Positions 10,570 through 20,673 are shown, counted from the stretch's first letter. The stretch: 64,000 nucleotides of DNA from an uncultured delta proteobacterium (GCA_963845145.1 CAWJQU010000005.1:1088001-1152000), one strand, 5' to 3'. Program-made: numbers and translations. The notes: generated by a model not told the origin, from the letters alone.

Positions 10570-11049
10570 TTATATTTGATATCGCATATATTGAACATTA
10601 AACGGTAAATGCTCAAATTTTTGGATATCGCCCGCGATGAAACCGATATCCAGATACCAATTTTTAAGGACGTCATGCTCTGCTATGATTCCGATACTAA
10701 CCGCTTTGATATTTTTTGTTTTTGAATAATCGAGGATATACCTGACCAATTCAGCACCAATACCCCTGTGTCGATACTCTGGTAATACAGAGAGCCGGTT
10801 TAAATAGGCCGTATCAGGATCCGGTTGTTCAAAAGCAACACACCCCTTGGCAACGCCCGCTTCCTTAAAAAGAAAATATTCTTCACCTCTTCTGAAGTCG
10901 GATTGTACCCAGTCCGTCGTGTAAAAAGAGGGGTGCTTGGGGGCATTTTCGATATTAAGGTTGAATAACCCGGCCACGTCTTTATTGCCTTCTTTTATGA
11001 TAAAAGCAATATCTTGGGCGTCTTCTATGGTCGTTGTGACGATATTCAT
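10570..11049 (-). CDS. GNAT family N-acetyltransferase
   Basis: RLSVLPEYRHRGIGAELV. Confidence 0.9.
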   Translation of the reverse strand: MNIVTTTIEDAQDIAFIIKEGNKDVAGLFNLNIENAPKHPSFYTTDWVQSDFRRGEEYFLFKEAGVAKGCVAFEQPDPDTAYLNRLSVLPEYRHRGIGAELVRYILDYSKTKNIKAVSIGIIAEHDVLKNWYLDIGFIAGDIQKFEHLPFNVQYMRYQI

Positions 11050-11054
11050 TTTTA

Positions 11055-11576
11055 CTAATTGTTTGCTGTTTGTTCCTGCAACAGATCCACATAGGCCTTC
11101 TTGATCAGATCCCTTTTTCGAATTCCAAGTCGTTTCATGAGATCTTCGGCTATCCTGACACCGTCTGCGACCTTTTGCCCGTGAATCAATACAACTTCGA
11201 GCTCAACGAAGTGTCCCAGCCCATCGACATCATCAAGATGAATACGCGTTTGGCCGATGGTAAATAGATGCCGGACCTTGCTTACCACACCATCCGTCCC
11301 CAACGCCGCGGCAAGGGTCATGTGAATCCCTTTGGGATCGTCTGTCTTTGATATGTGATACCGTGATTTTTTCGGACCTAACTTATCAGGCCGTTCGTAA
11401 TATATTAATTCCCCTCGGTCAGACGATAACTCGCGCAGTTTCAACCGTCCTCTAATCGTCGGGAAAAACGTATCCTTTTGTCGAAATATTTGTTTCTCCT
11501 CAGCGATGGCCATGACAAGGCTCAAGGTTAAGGCAGGATCGTTGATTTTAGCTTTTATCTCAATATTTGATGGCAT
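11055..11576 (-). CDS. CYTH domain protein (class IV adenylate cyclase-like)
   Basis: NIEIKA, QKDTFF, RLKLRE, RIHLDDVDGLGHFVELEV. Confidence 0.9.
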   Translation of the reverse strand: MPSNIEIKAKINDPALTLSLVMAIAEEKQIFRQKDTFFPTIRGRLKLRELSSDRGELIYYERPDKLGPKKSRYHISKTDDPKGIHMTLAAALGTDGVVSKVRHLFTIGQTRIHLDDVDGLGHFVELEVVLIHGQKVADGVRIAEDLMKRLGIRKRDLIKKAYVDLLQEQTANN

Positions 11577-11645
11577 ATGATAAATCCATTTATTGTAAAG
11601 GAAAAGGTTAAGCTATCCGACATAGGCGAATTGCGATGCCATCAA

Positions 11646-12356
11646 TCAAAAAACGTATTTTGGCTCGGATGGGGTTAAGAGTGCCGTCTCGGTCTTGGCC
11701 TTACAATATTGCTCAAGCATGCTCGCCACACGATCACGAATGGCAATGGCCCGCTTCTCACTATCTTCTCCGAGACCGTCGATATTCATGACAATGGTTT
11801 GGGTCTCTTCGGTGATTCGGGTTTGGAACCCGTTGCGCCAGTTCCAACGCCGGCACATCACCTGATTGGTTTCGGACACCCGGTAGATAACCTCCCCGGC
11901 ATTGGGCCGTTCGGGTTTGTCGGGATTACTAATAGAGGTAAATGTTTCATCACCTTTGGCGAAACAAAGCGCCAACGTATCTCCCGCCCGGTCCAAATCA
12001 TCCCCACCCACAGGCAGTGCGCCCCGGATCGAATTTTCATTCATAATCGCCACGGTCTTGCTGATAAAAGGGATGGAGACGCCGGCTTTTTGAACCCGCT
12101 TTAAAAGCGCCAGGTGGGCGGGGGGAAATTTTTTCGGATTGACGCCCAGCTCCCGATAGGTCTCAACCCAGGCCACGGCCTTGGGGTCGCTTGCCAGGTC
12201 AATCGGATTCAAGGCCGCATTGACCACCGCTGCATTCAACAGAGACTCTAACTGGGTATCTGTTCCCGTATTATCCATTTGACGGGCAACAACAATGCCG
12301 CGACGAAAGCTTGGGAATTTAATAAAAATGTCTTCGTGTACATATGTTTCAGACAT
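11646..12356 (-). CDS. Stand-alone B3/B4 (PheRS editing-like) domain protein
   Basis: YRELGVNPKKFPPAHLALLKR, GGDDLD, VMCRRWNWR. Confidence 0.88.
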   Translation of the reverse strand: MSETYVHEDIFIKFPSFRRGIVVARQMDNTGTDTQLESLLNAAVVNAALNPIDLASDPKAVAWVETYRELGVNPKKFPPAHLALLKRVQKAGVSIPFISKTVAIMNENSIRGALPVGGDDLDRAGDTLALCFAKGDETFTSISNPDKPERPNAGEVIYRVSETNQVMCRRWNWRNGFQTRITEETQTIVMNIDGLGEDSEKRAIAIRDRVASMLEQYCKAKTETALLTPSEPKYVF

Positions 12357-12462
12357 GGTTTTTTGCTCCTTGGGTTTTATTCGCGAATGGGTGAGATATA
12401 CGATATAAAATGTTATTTTTCGATTAAAATATTCGCATTAATCGTATAACATTTCGAATAGA

Positions 12463-12981
12463 CTATATTTGTTTATAAAAATAGCTCGTCGCATGACACT
12501 CCCCATTCGGAGATAAAGCAAAATCCGGAATCTCACCCACTTTTTGCCAACCCAGTTTGATATACAATTTTTCGGCTGAAGACCCCGTTTGAGTATCGAG
12601 AACCAACAACTGAATCCCATTTGCAATGGACACCTTTTCAACTTCCGCCATTAACCTTGTTGCTAAGCTACGGCCTCTATAATTCGGGTTGACGAATAAT
12701 TTTTGTACTTCCGCTCTATGCTTTCCGTTTTCCTTGGGGCACCTTTCGACCTGCACGCACCCAACGATTTGGCCTTGATCCCTGGCAACGATAAGATCTA
12801 AGAGGCCACCCAAGTGTGATTGTCGCCCCTTCCAGTATTTCATGGCGATCTTTACACTTATATCGAGAAGAAAGCCAATAGAAGCGCCACTTTTAACGGC
12901 CGCCATTAAACCGTGGCTTAACGCTTTTAAGTCATTTTCGGACAAACGATTTGCGTTTTGGATTTCCATACCGCGAGACAT
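12463..12981 (-). CDS. GNAT family N-acetyltransferase
   Basis: GASIGF, HRAEVQKLFVNPNYRGRSLA, LLVLDT, AEKLYIKLGW. Confidence 0.9.
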   Translation of the reverse strand: MSRGMEIQNANRLSENDLKALSHGLMAAVKSGASIGFLLDISVKIAMKYWKGRQSHLGGLLDLIVARDQGQIVGCVQVERCPKENGKHRAEVQKLFVNPNYRGRSLATRLMAEVEKVSIANGIQLLVLDTQTGSSAEKLYIKLGWQKVGEIPDFALSPNGECHATSYFYKQI

Positions 12982-13020
12982 CCCATCAATCCTGTGAGCA
13001 GACCTTATCTTTCAGCGCCC

Positions 13021-13311
13021 TTACCCTCCGTCGACGATGAATAACGTGCATTCGGCATTCTTTAATCGCATCGGTTTTACCGGAGCATATTCATCTGAGT
13101 CTACAAACGCTTGTGCGCTTTTAACATCAGGAAATTCGATAATGACAATCCTGGTGGGTGTCCAAAGCTCAGTTTGCCTTATATCCATCGCCCCACCCCT
13201 AACGCGATAAACACCCCCGTATTTTTCTGCGATTGGTTTCGCGAGCTTTTTATACTCTTCGTATATCTCTGGATTTTTGATTTTGGTGTCAACCACAAGA
13301 TATGCACTCAT
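13021..13311 (-). CDS. DUF1330 domain protein
   Basis: YGGVYRVRGG, RIVIIEFPD, SDEY. Confidence 0.88.
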   Translation of the reverse strand: MSAYLVVDTKIKNPEIYEEYKKLAKPIAEKYGGVYRVRGGAMDIRQTELWTPTRIVIIEFPDVKSAQAFVDSDEYAPVKPMRLKNAECTLFIVDGG

Positions 13312-13336
13312 ATGGAACCCTCCTTAATTTCATAAT

Positions 13337-14071
13337 TTAGTTTTTTTCTCCAATTTTTTGTCCCGGAATTCCCGCCCATATCTCGCCTGGCCCCACAGTG
13401 GAGCCCTTCTTAAGGACAGTGTTAGCCGCTAGAGTCGCATCATCGCCAATTCGGCACCCAGGCAAAACCACGGACATAAGCCCCACAGATACACGGCTGC
13501 CGATATGAATTCTTTCCACAACAAGAATTTCACCCTCTACCACATGAGGCGTGAGAGTGACATCGCCTCCTATGACAGTATCATCACCAATTGTAATTAA
13601 ATTCGAATCGCCGATAATGGGTGTATTGATCTGTACTCGTTTACCTATTTTCATACCCATGAGCCTGAAAAAAAGATTGATAAAAGGTGTTACCTTAATG
13701 AAATTCATACAAGTAAAGCGCACCATAAGAATAAGCGCATTATAGCTTGCCCATTTAATTGCCTTTGATGAATATACAGGATAACGTCCTTCAGGAGATC
13801 CTGGTGAAAAAAGGCGCATAAGAGGAACAATAATAATCACACATATGATATAAGAAAAATAAGCCATTACACTCAAGGAACATATTGAAAATATCCGGAC
13901 GATTTCAGGAACATTAAGCGTAAGGACCCATTTATATATTTTCATAGCAGCAAAGACACCAGGAGTAGCGGCCAGACCGGCTATAATACTGATTTGAATA
14001 AATAGCCCAAAAGTCATTATAATCTGAATAGGTGTAGCGAAACGTTTTAAGAAATTCAAAAAATACCTCAT
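13337..14071 (-). CDS. Membrane-anchored hexapeptide-repeat (left-handed beta-helix) acyltransferase
   Basis: Two N-terminal TM segments, then GMKIGKRV, ITIGDDTVIG, IGSRVSVG, IGDDATLA, WAGIPG; AT-rich. Confidence 0.8.
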   Translation of the reverse strand: MRYFLNFLKRFATPIQIIMTFGLFIQISIIAGLAATPGVFAAMKIYKWVLTLNVPEIVRIFSICSLSVMAYFSYIICVIIIVPLMRLFSPGSPEGRYPVYSSKAIKWASYNALILMVRFTCMNFIKVTPFINLFFRLMGMKIGKRVQINTPIIGDSNLITIGDDTVIGGDVTLTPHVVEGEILVVERIHIGSRVSVGLMSVVLPGCRIGDDATLAANTVLKKGSTVGPGEIWAGIPGQKIGEKN

Positions 14072-14130
14072 AAAATTTCAACGATTACTATAAAAGTGAT
14101 CCGGGGTGTCTATTCTATAAGTCTCTTCCA

Positions 14131-14545
14131 TAAAAATAGTTCGTAGCATGACACTCACCATTGGGAGATAGTGCAAAATCTGGGATGACGGGAGTGTTCA
14201 ATATTCTGTGTCAGATGACGAATAATTTTTGTACATCCGCTCTATGCCTTCCGTTTTCCTTGGGGCACCTTTCGACCTGCATGCACCCAAAATTTGGCCT
14301 TAATCCCTGACAACGATAAGACCTACGTGGCCATCCAGCATGGTTGACGCCCCTTCCAGTAATTCAAGGCGGTCTCTATATTTATATCGAGAAAAAAGCC
14401 AATAGAGGCGCCACTTTTAAAGGCCGCCATTAAACCTTGGCTTATCGCCTTTAAGTTATTTTCAGACAAACAATTTGCGTTTTGGATTTCCATACCGAGC
14501 GACATCCCATCAATCCCGTGAGCGGATCTAATTTTTAGCGCCACC
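14131..14545 (-). pseudogene. Decayed duplicate of the GNAT gene at 12463-12981
   Basis: Visibly co-linear with 12476-12531 and 12691-13020, including the upstream leader; internal part missing, frameshifts, premature stop. Confidence 0.88.
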
Positions 14546-14848
14546 ATCTTGCCAGATGAGCGCATTCGCACGATTCTGGGCATCATACGCCATCGCGGGC
14601 ACTTCGCCAACGCTCTCAATGGTGATCATGAGTGGGTCTGAAGCGTCGTTCAACACCGTGTCTTGAAGCCGGGGATCTTTGCCAACCAAATCACGAGCCA
14701 TCGTTTCGGCCTGCTTTGGATTCACTGCCTCCACGAGCCTGGTTGCCGAAAACCGCTTCTTTATCGGCCCTTCATCACTATCCATCAAGAAATTTTGACC
14801 GGTCAGGCGAACCAGGTAGGTGGTCAATTTTATCTCCTTCTTGAACAA
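14528..14848 (-). CDS. Hypothetical protein
   Basis: 106-aa ORF, co-oriented with neighbours, normal composition (YLVRLTGQNF...TRLVEA). Confidence 0.6.
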   Translation of the reverse strand: MFKKEIKLTTYLVRLTGQNFLMDSDEGPIKKRFSATRLVEAVNPKQAETMARDLVGKDPRLQDTVLNDASDPLMITIESVGEVPAMAYDAQNRANALIWQDGGAKN

Positions 14849-14881
14849 TACAAGTTTCGGCGCAGCCCTGGAAAGGGCTCT

Positions 14882-15460
14882 CTAGTTTAAGCCAGATGTA
14901 AATAGAGTAATACCTAAAACATACGATGCGGATATCCAAAAAACCCATAGACCGATGATCGACGTCTTTTTAAATGATAATCTGGTTTCCCGTGCTATCC
15001 ATATGCTTAAAAAATATGGGATGGAGAAGTAACAAGTCAAAAGCAAAGCGGTGATTACATTATTTATATAGTGCGCTAAACCGCCGTGATTGGTCCAAAA
15101 ATTGGGGCCCCATTTTACCCCCTTATCTACAAATAGATGTACCCCCTTTTTCATGACCACCCTTCCTAAGAGCAAAAGAGGTATGGATATCACTGAACTT
15201 AGAAATAAAAAGGCCCCCGTCTTTTTTGGTTTTAGAAAATACCATAGACAACCAAGGATAGTTACCGCTGGAATTATAGAAATGCCGACAAATATTAGCA
15301 TCCTCAGGTGATCTTTATGATTGGTTTTTGTGATGCATAAAAGCGAGAAAAGCGTCAACAAAACAACGGGATATATGACAGTTGTTAAGGAGAAGCTCTG
15401 TCGCTCTTGATCAAACTTTTTTACAGTAATAGTCAGTTTCTTGGTCATATTTATATTCAC
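14882..15460 (-). CDS. Hypothetical multi-TM membrane protein
   Basis: About five hydrophobic segments; AT-rich. Confidence 0.6.
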   Translation of the reverse strand: MNINMTKKLTITVKKFDQERQSFSLTTVIYPVVLLTLFSLLCITKTNHKDHLRMLIFVGISIIPAVTILGCLWYFLKPKKTGAFLFLSSVISIPLLLLGRVVMKKGVHLFVDKGVKWGPNFWTNHGGLAHYINNVITALLLTCYFSIPYFLSIWIARETRLSFKKTSIIGLWVFWISASYVLGITLFTSGLN

Positions 15461-15670
15461 TTAACCGGTATTGGGTACGGCGGCTAGTCGTAATTCCTTC
15501 GGCCAAAGAATCATCTGGGTACAACGAAATAGGGCGATCGTCCTGCCTGTTTCATCAACACCCACTTCTGCATCCCAAACCTGTGTTGTCCGGCCTTTGT
15601 GCAACAATTTTGCCACACAACTCACATCACCTTCAAGTGCGGTACCAATAAAATTGGTTTTTAGTTCAAT
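15461..15670 (-). pseudogene. C-terminal half of a PaaI/hot-dog thioesterase
   Basis: Manual translation IELKTNFIGTALEGDVSCVAKLLHKGRTTQVWDAEV...ALFRCTQMILWP...*; no start codon, abuts the stop of the acyl-CoA dehydrogenase. Confidence 0.8.
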
Positions 15671-15671
15671 T

Positions 15672-17474
15672 TCAATCCTTAAAGTATTCAGGCTTCATCT
15701 CTACTGTCAAATTATCTGTATCCATTAACCGAATTGCCAGGCTATCAGCCTTTGGCAGTTCATACCTGAAAAAATAATTCATGGTAAAAACCTTGCCTTT
15801 ATAAAACCATCTGTCTTTTTTTGAACAACTTCCGGCTAACGCTTTTTTAGATGCAATGCCCTGGATCAGCCACTGCCATGAAATGACGATCCGGCTATAA
15901 AATTCAAGAAAAAGTGTTGCATCGGAAAGATAGACATCCACACCTTTTTTGCCATATGCAGTAGTTAGGAACCCCGCTACTTTCTCAAGCGCCTTCATCG
16001 TGTTAGCAAGTTGATTTGCAAAAAATTCAAGTTCCGGTACTTCCAATGCCGTATCGATGGTCTTTTTAACCTCGTCCACAAACAAAAAGGCGGCCTTTCC
16101 ATTTTCCATCACCATTTTTCTTCCCAGAAGATCCAGGGCCTGTATACCGGTTGTCCCCTCATGAATCGCATGGATACGAACATCCCTCATATATTGCTCA
16201 ACCGGGAAATCCTCACAATATCCATAACCACCAAAACATTGTATGGCTGTACTTGTAGAAATAATGCCTTGTTCTGAAGGAAATGCTTTTGCAACCGGTG
16301 TTAAAAGATCAAGCAACAGCCCATATTTCTCTTTTTCCTCCCCTTTTGTCACCTTTATTAAATCTGCATACATGCAGCATTGAAGGATTAATGATAAGGA
16401 TCCCTCCACAATAGATCGTTGAAAAAGGAGCATTCGTTTAACATCTGTATGCTCAATGATAGGAATCTGATCAATGAATGGATCTTTTTGAGCAATCGGT
16501 CTTCCCTGGCGTCTGTTTTCAGTATAATCAAGGGCGGCATAATACGCAGCGGATGCAATGGCACAAGATGCCAGACCCACTAGAATTCTGGCCTCATTCA
16601 TCATCTGGAACATGTGTGACAGGCCTTTATTCTCTATGCCGACAAGCCATCCGCGGCAGTCATCCTTTTCCCCCATAGATAACTCAGTTGCAGGCGCTCC
16701 CCGATAACCCAGTTTGTGGTAAATAGAGGCCACTGTGATATCATTGGGAACAAGAGAATCATCTGAGCCCACCCTCATTTTAGGAACCACAAATAAAGAA
16801 ATCCCTTTTGCACCGGAAGGCGCACCTTCAATTCTTGCCAGCATCAGGTGAATCACATTTTCAACACCATCATGATCTCCCGCAGAAATAAAGGTCTTCA
16901 CGCCTTTGATCTTAAAATACCCGTTATCTGTTCGGAAAGCTGTGGTGATAATATCAGACAAAGAACTGCCCGCCTGTGGCTCGGTTAATGCCATGGTGCC
17001 CTGCCAATTGCCTTTAAGCATTTTCGGTACATAGGTATCAATCAGCGCATGACTGCCAAAAGAGGTAATCAGTTCTGCGGCACCAGTGGTCAGTTCGGGA
17101 TATGCACTTGCTGAATAATTCGCAGCAGCAAAAATAAAACTGGTTGCTCCTTTTATAACAAATGGGAGTTGGTCACCCCCATGAATTTTAGAGAAACCCG
17201 ATCCAATCCAGCCGCCTTTGCCGAATTCCTTCATGATTTTTTTTACAGCCGCATGCACCTTTACTTCGCCATCAACAAGTTTCGGCGGATTCTTGTCCAT
17301 TTCATCAAGACACGGATACATGAGTTTAACAGCAAGTTTCAGGGCTTCATCAATCACCATATCAAACATTTTTTCATTATGTTCGCTGTAGTATTCATGC
17401 GTTGCCAATATTTTGGTTACAAAAACTTCTTTTATCAAAAACTGTAGATTTCTTTTGCTGATAAATTTTGTCAT
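15672..17474 (-). CDS. Acyl-CoA dehydrogenase (long, ~600 aa type)
   Basis: GTMALTEPQAGSSL, FISAGDHD, GISLFVVPK, MFQMMNEAR, FGGYGY, IHEGTTGIQALDLLGRK. Confidence 0.95.
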   Translation of the reverse strand: MTKFISKRNLQFLIKEVFVTKILATHEYYSEHNEKMFDMVIDEALKLAVKLMYPCLDEMDKNPPKLVDGEVKVHAAVKKIMKEFGKGGWIGSGFSKIHGGDQLPFVIKGATSFIFAAANYSASAYPELTTGAAELITSFGSHALIDTYVPKMLKGNWQGTMALTEPQAGSSLSDIITTAFRTDNGYFKIKGVKTFISAGDHDGVENVIHLMLARIEGAPSGAKGISLFVVPKMRVGSDDSLVPNDITVASIYHKLGYRGAPATELSMGEKDDCRGWLVGIENKGLSHMFQMMNEARILVGLASCAIASAAYYAALDYTENRRQGRPIAQKDPFIDQIPIIEHTDVKRMLLFQRSIVEGSLSLILQCCMYADLIKVTKGEEKEKYGLLLDLLTPVAKAFPSEQGIISTSTAIQCFGGYGYCEDFPVEQYMRDVRIHAIHEGTTGIQALDLLGRKMVMENGKAAFLFVDEVKKTIDTALEVPELEFFANQLANTMKALEKVAGFLTTAYGKKGVDVYLSDATLFLEFYSRIVISWQWLIQGIASKKALAGSCSKKDRWFYKGKVFTMNYFFRYELPKADSLAIRLMDTDNLTVEMKPEYFKD

Positions 17475-17500
17475 TTATTCTCTCCCCCAAAAAAGCCCAC

Positions 17501-18817
17501 CTATTCAATCGTGTAGTAGGATTCATCAAACTCAGGTTTGTTCTTAAACCGCTCCATCATAAAGGTACCTGCCATATCGAAATTGGTAAAAAATGAAGGA
17601 TCAACATCAATACCGATACCTTTCAAGGCCAGTGCCGTTGATTTAGGATCAGGCGGACACCCCTTTATTTTAACAATTTCCTGGGGTCCTTCATGTTTTT
17701 TATTGTGCGCACACATACATTGCCCCACCAAAATACTTTTTTTACAGTCCTGTGAGGGCCTTAACCGCTTACCTGTTAAAAACTCCACATCATCGAAAGG
17801 TTCCTTGTAAGACATGGCAATGATGGTCAACAGCATGCCGATCAAAGGTGAGCAATAGGTACATAAAGTGGTATCATATTTATGAAATTTAATTCCTTTG
17901 ATCCCCATTTTTTTCATATTCAAAGGCAGGGTGTTATTTTCATTATACGGGAATGTATAATGATGGAAGCTTGCCGCCTCATCAATTCTCTCCCCTTTTA
18001 CTTCAATCCCGCTGAGATCAGTGGCAACCCCCATATCTGATGCAGCCCGGGCAAGATATGGGATGTCTTTCGGATCATGGCCCAGTAGGCGAGCACCCAC
18101 CATATCCGCGCCAAGAAAATTTGATGAGGCAACCACAAGATCACTTTTCTTTGGTTTACCGTCAAAGGACGGCCCCCGTTCCAGTGTATAGATGCCATCA
18201 ATGATGGTGGCTGAAGCAGGCAACAGACTTGGAAGTTTTGAAACCATGTAATCCAGATCTTTATCTTCATCTGAATTGTGGCATTTTTTCCGGGAGCTCA
18301 CATTTAAAAACCCTTTTAAATTTTTAATCCCAAGGCTTACTTTTACCTGGGCATGGGTTTTTAACACCGGCAGATTAACCAGAAAATCTGATGCCAGAAG
18401 GTCTGCATTCACTTTGAGATCAAGCCCATCCTCGATCTCTACTTTTTCAAAGGGTCGTTCCCATACATCCAGAAGCTTGACGCGATATCGATCCCTTAAT
18501 TTCGTATATCCAAGCCCCTCAAAAGATTTTTGCCCGAGCTGTTTTGCTCCGGGAACCATCTGAAGGCTGCCCTCAACAATAGAAATATCTGTGACCCCGT
18601 ACTCCTTTAACAGGATGACGGTTTCTTCCATAATCGTGGAGGATGTTACCACCCCCCATTTGGGATATGGTGAATCCAGCCAGACAACAATGTTGGGTTT
18701 TATCACTACTTTTGCATTTCGGGGAAGGTGTTCAAAAGCATCCACACTTTGCACGGCCCTTTTCACTGTTTCCCTGTTTTTTTCAAACCTGACAATCGCA
18801 ACATTGATATCGTTCAT
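17501..18817 (-). CDS. DUF362 domain Fe-S protein
   Basis: VVIKPN, NLPVLKTH, LGIKNLKG, C-terminal CTYC, GQC and GCPP. Confidence 0.85.
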   Translation of the reverse strand: MNDINVAIVRFEKNRETVKRAVQSVDAFEHLPRNAKVVIKPNIVVWLDSPYPKWGVVTSSTIMEETVILLKEYGVTDISIVEGSLQMVPGAKQLGQKSFEGLGYTKLRDRYRVKLLDVWERPFEKVEIEDGLDLKVNADLLASDFLVNLPVLKTHAQVKVSLGIKNLKGFLNVSSRKKCHNSDEDKDLDYMVSKLPSLLPASATIIDGIYTLERGPSFDGKPKKSDLVVASSNFLGADMVGARLLGHDPKDIPYLARAASDMGVATDLSGIEVKGERIDEAASFHHYTFPYNENNTLPLNMKKMGIKGIKFHKYDTTLCTYCSPLIGMLLTIIAMSYKEPFDDVEFLTGKRLRPSQDCKKSILVGQCMCAHNKKHEGPQEIVKIKGCPPDPKSTALALKGIGIDVDPSFFTNFDMAGTFMMERFKNKPEFDESYYTIE

Positions 18818-18992
18818 TGATATTTTCCTTGTTAAACATTTTTTTTCAAAAGTGACTTCACTTGGATTGCAAATATCTGGAGAATAATCAAGGGTTGAAC
18901 CTGGGCCTGGACCCGTATGTTCCGTTTTAGGGATTTGGATCCAATCGATTGTTTGAAAAGGGATATTTTTATTTGACCTCGTAGAGGTTTAC

Positions 18993-19094
18993 GCCTAACA
19001 GGGGGAGGTTGAGCAACAAGCCTGACTGACTCGAACCGCATTGATAGGCTGCGCTTCGCGAGCCTCGGTCTGCTCAACCGCGCCCCGATAGGAC
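18993..19094. repeat. Imperfect palindrome resembling an isolated integron attC site
   Basis: GCCTAAC-AGGGGGAGGTTGAGCA ... TGCTCAACCGCGCCCC-GATAGGAC; the left end matches RYYYAAC, the right end is a degenerate GTTRRRY. Confidence 0.4.
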
Positions 19095-19289
19095 TGGAGC
19101 GAAGAGACAGTTCTATCAAGTTTTCAGTATATTAAACATATTTCAAAATAACTGGCAAGATTTGGACAAATTATACCCAAAAACCTAACTTGTGCCCATC
19201 CAATAATTGCTATTTTTAAGCAGCCCATTTACTACAGCGATGGTTTCAAAAGATTTGTTCTATGATAATCTGCTACAAATATTTTGATA

Positions 19290-19415
19290 GCATAGATTTT
19301 TTCGTTTAGCGACTCTATAAATCAATCGCCAGGGTGGGATAACCAGCTCTTTGTATTGAAAAAGTCCCTGCGCTTGTAACTCGGTTACGACCCGACCCTT
19401 TTCAGGGAGGGTATA
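19290..19415 (-). pseudogene. C-terminal fragment of a RelE/ParE-type toxin
   Basis: LPEKGRVVTELQAQGLFQYKELVIPPWRLIYRVAK resembles the ParE-like P..GR.VPE...YRELI..PWR.IYR pattern; no N-terminus. Confidence 0.7.
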
Positions 19416-19422
19416 GCGGTTT

Positions 19423-19498
19423 GACGCGTCTTTCTTATTTCATGCCCAGTGGTTGGATCAAGATTGACAAGATAGACTTGAAACCTTTTTATTTCCAT
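19423..19498 (-). pseudogene. N-terminal fragment of a MazF/PemK toxin
   Basis: MEIKRFQVYLVNLDPTTGHEIRKTR; start overlaps the antitoxin stop; homology ends after KTR. Confidence 0.8.
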
Positions 19499-19730
19499 TC
19501 CCACTCACGCTCGTCCCATTCCGTTGTGATAGATGTTTCTGAATCCAACATTTTATCATCACCATCGGCAGCCATTCTTTTAAAAGCATCATCCCAGTTT
19601 TTACGAGAAGATTTGAGTGATTTTACAATGAGGGCATTGTTTTGAATGGATATCTCTACCTCGTCTTCAAAACCACATTGGGTAATAATGGGTTTTGGGA
19701 TACGAATGCCATTTTATGTCACCGATGTCT
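19489..19730 (-). pseudogene. AbrB/MazE-type antitoxin with disrupted N-terminus
   Basis: GIRIPKPIITQCGFEDEVEISIQNNALIVKS...WDDAFKRMAADGDDKML...EWDEREWEWK*; in-frame stop just upstream of GIRIP. Confidence 0.8.
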
Positions 19731-19809
19731 TGGCACTCATCACATAGTATTTCATAATCGTAACAATTCAACATTCATGTAATTAAATTTACTAGAGGGT
19801 CAAGAGAAA

Positions 19810-20673
19810 CTATAGTATTTCCTCAAACGACCTTTCGACGATTTCGTATCTTTCCTTCTCAACAAAAAACAAAAAGGCAAATTTATTAGCAGGAACCCCC
19901 TTGGTTGCAAGAAATCTGACAATGTCACTTGGCATTAGAACCATTCGGTTAACAATTTTATGAGATATTTCAAGATCAATCCCTATTATGTCAAAGGCGA
20001 AGAATAATAGCTCAGAACAATATATCGCGTCGGAATTATAGGTCAGCAAATCGTAATCATACTCTTTGCTGACCTGATCAAAGGCGCTTTTTATAAACAA
20101 TTCCTTTTGCTTGTATGATATTTTAGGCCTGAATGCTGTAACGGACTGTAAGTATGAGGCTTGGCTCAAATTGGATAACTCGCTAAAGTCCCTGACCTGG
20201 ACTCCGATTCCGAGAGGACTACTGTCAATAATTAAATCTTCATCGCCCCGGACAAAATATCTTTCCATGCTGCTATATAGATGACTATCCTCACCAAATG
20301 TAGCGGCCAACTTTTCTCGGGTACCTAAATAAATTGCTGAATGTTTCCATTTTCCCCGAACGATCATACTGCCAACATACCGTCTGGTGCTTGTGAAAAA
20401 GACATCGCCTGGTTCTAAAAAATTACGGTAAGAAGTTGTTTCTTTAAGCGATATATCCGTTGGGCCTTCTACTGGATTATTACGATCATCTACATATTCT
20501 TTTCCAATCGTGCTATAGCATACTCCTTTTATGATGGCTGACTCGAAAAGCAATCTTGCCTGGTCAACAGCTAATAACCGTTTTGGGAAAAACAATGAAT
20601 AACCAACGACTATTATTGCAATAGATAAAAACGAGAAAAACACAAAGCGAAGATTTTTAACAATCCGTTCCAT
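19810..20673 (-). CDS. YiiX/YebB-like permuted NlpC/P60 cysteine hydrolase
   Basis: LEPGDVFF, WKHSAIYLG, YDYD, IYCSEL; N-terminal TM. Confidence 0.85.
   Translation of the reverse strand: MERIVKNLRFVFFSFLSIAIIVVGYSLFFPKRLLAVDQARLLFESAIIKGVCYSTIGKEYVDDRNNPVEGPTDISLKETTSYRNFLEPGDVFFTSTRRYVGSMIVRGKWKHSAIYLGTREKLAATFGEDSHLYSSMERYFVRGDEDLIIDSSPLGIGVQVRDFSELSNLSQASYLQSVTAFRPKISYKQKELFIKSAFDQVSKEYDYDLLTYNSDAIYCSELLFFAFDIIGIDLEISHKIVNRMVLMPSDIVRFLATKGVPANKFAFLFFVEKERYEIVERSFEEIL

Noticed and set aside
5899..15460. Intact integron cassette array
   Set aside because: No integrase and no regularly spaced attC sites; most intergenic gaps are too short.
18832..19119. 95-aa minus-strand ORF
   Set aside because: Weak start, Arg/Ser-rich composition, and it runs across the palindrome; likely spurious.
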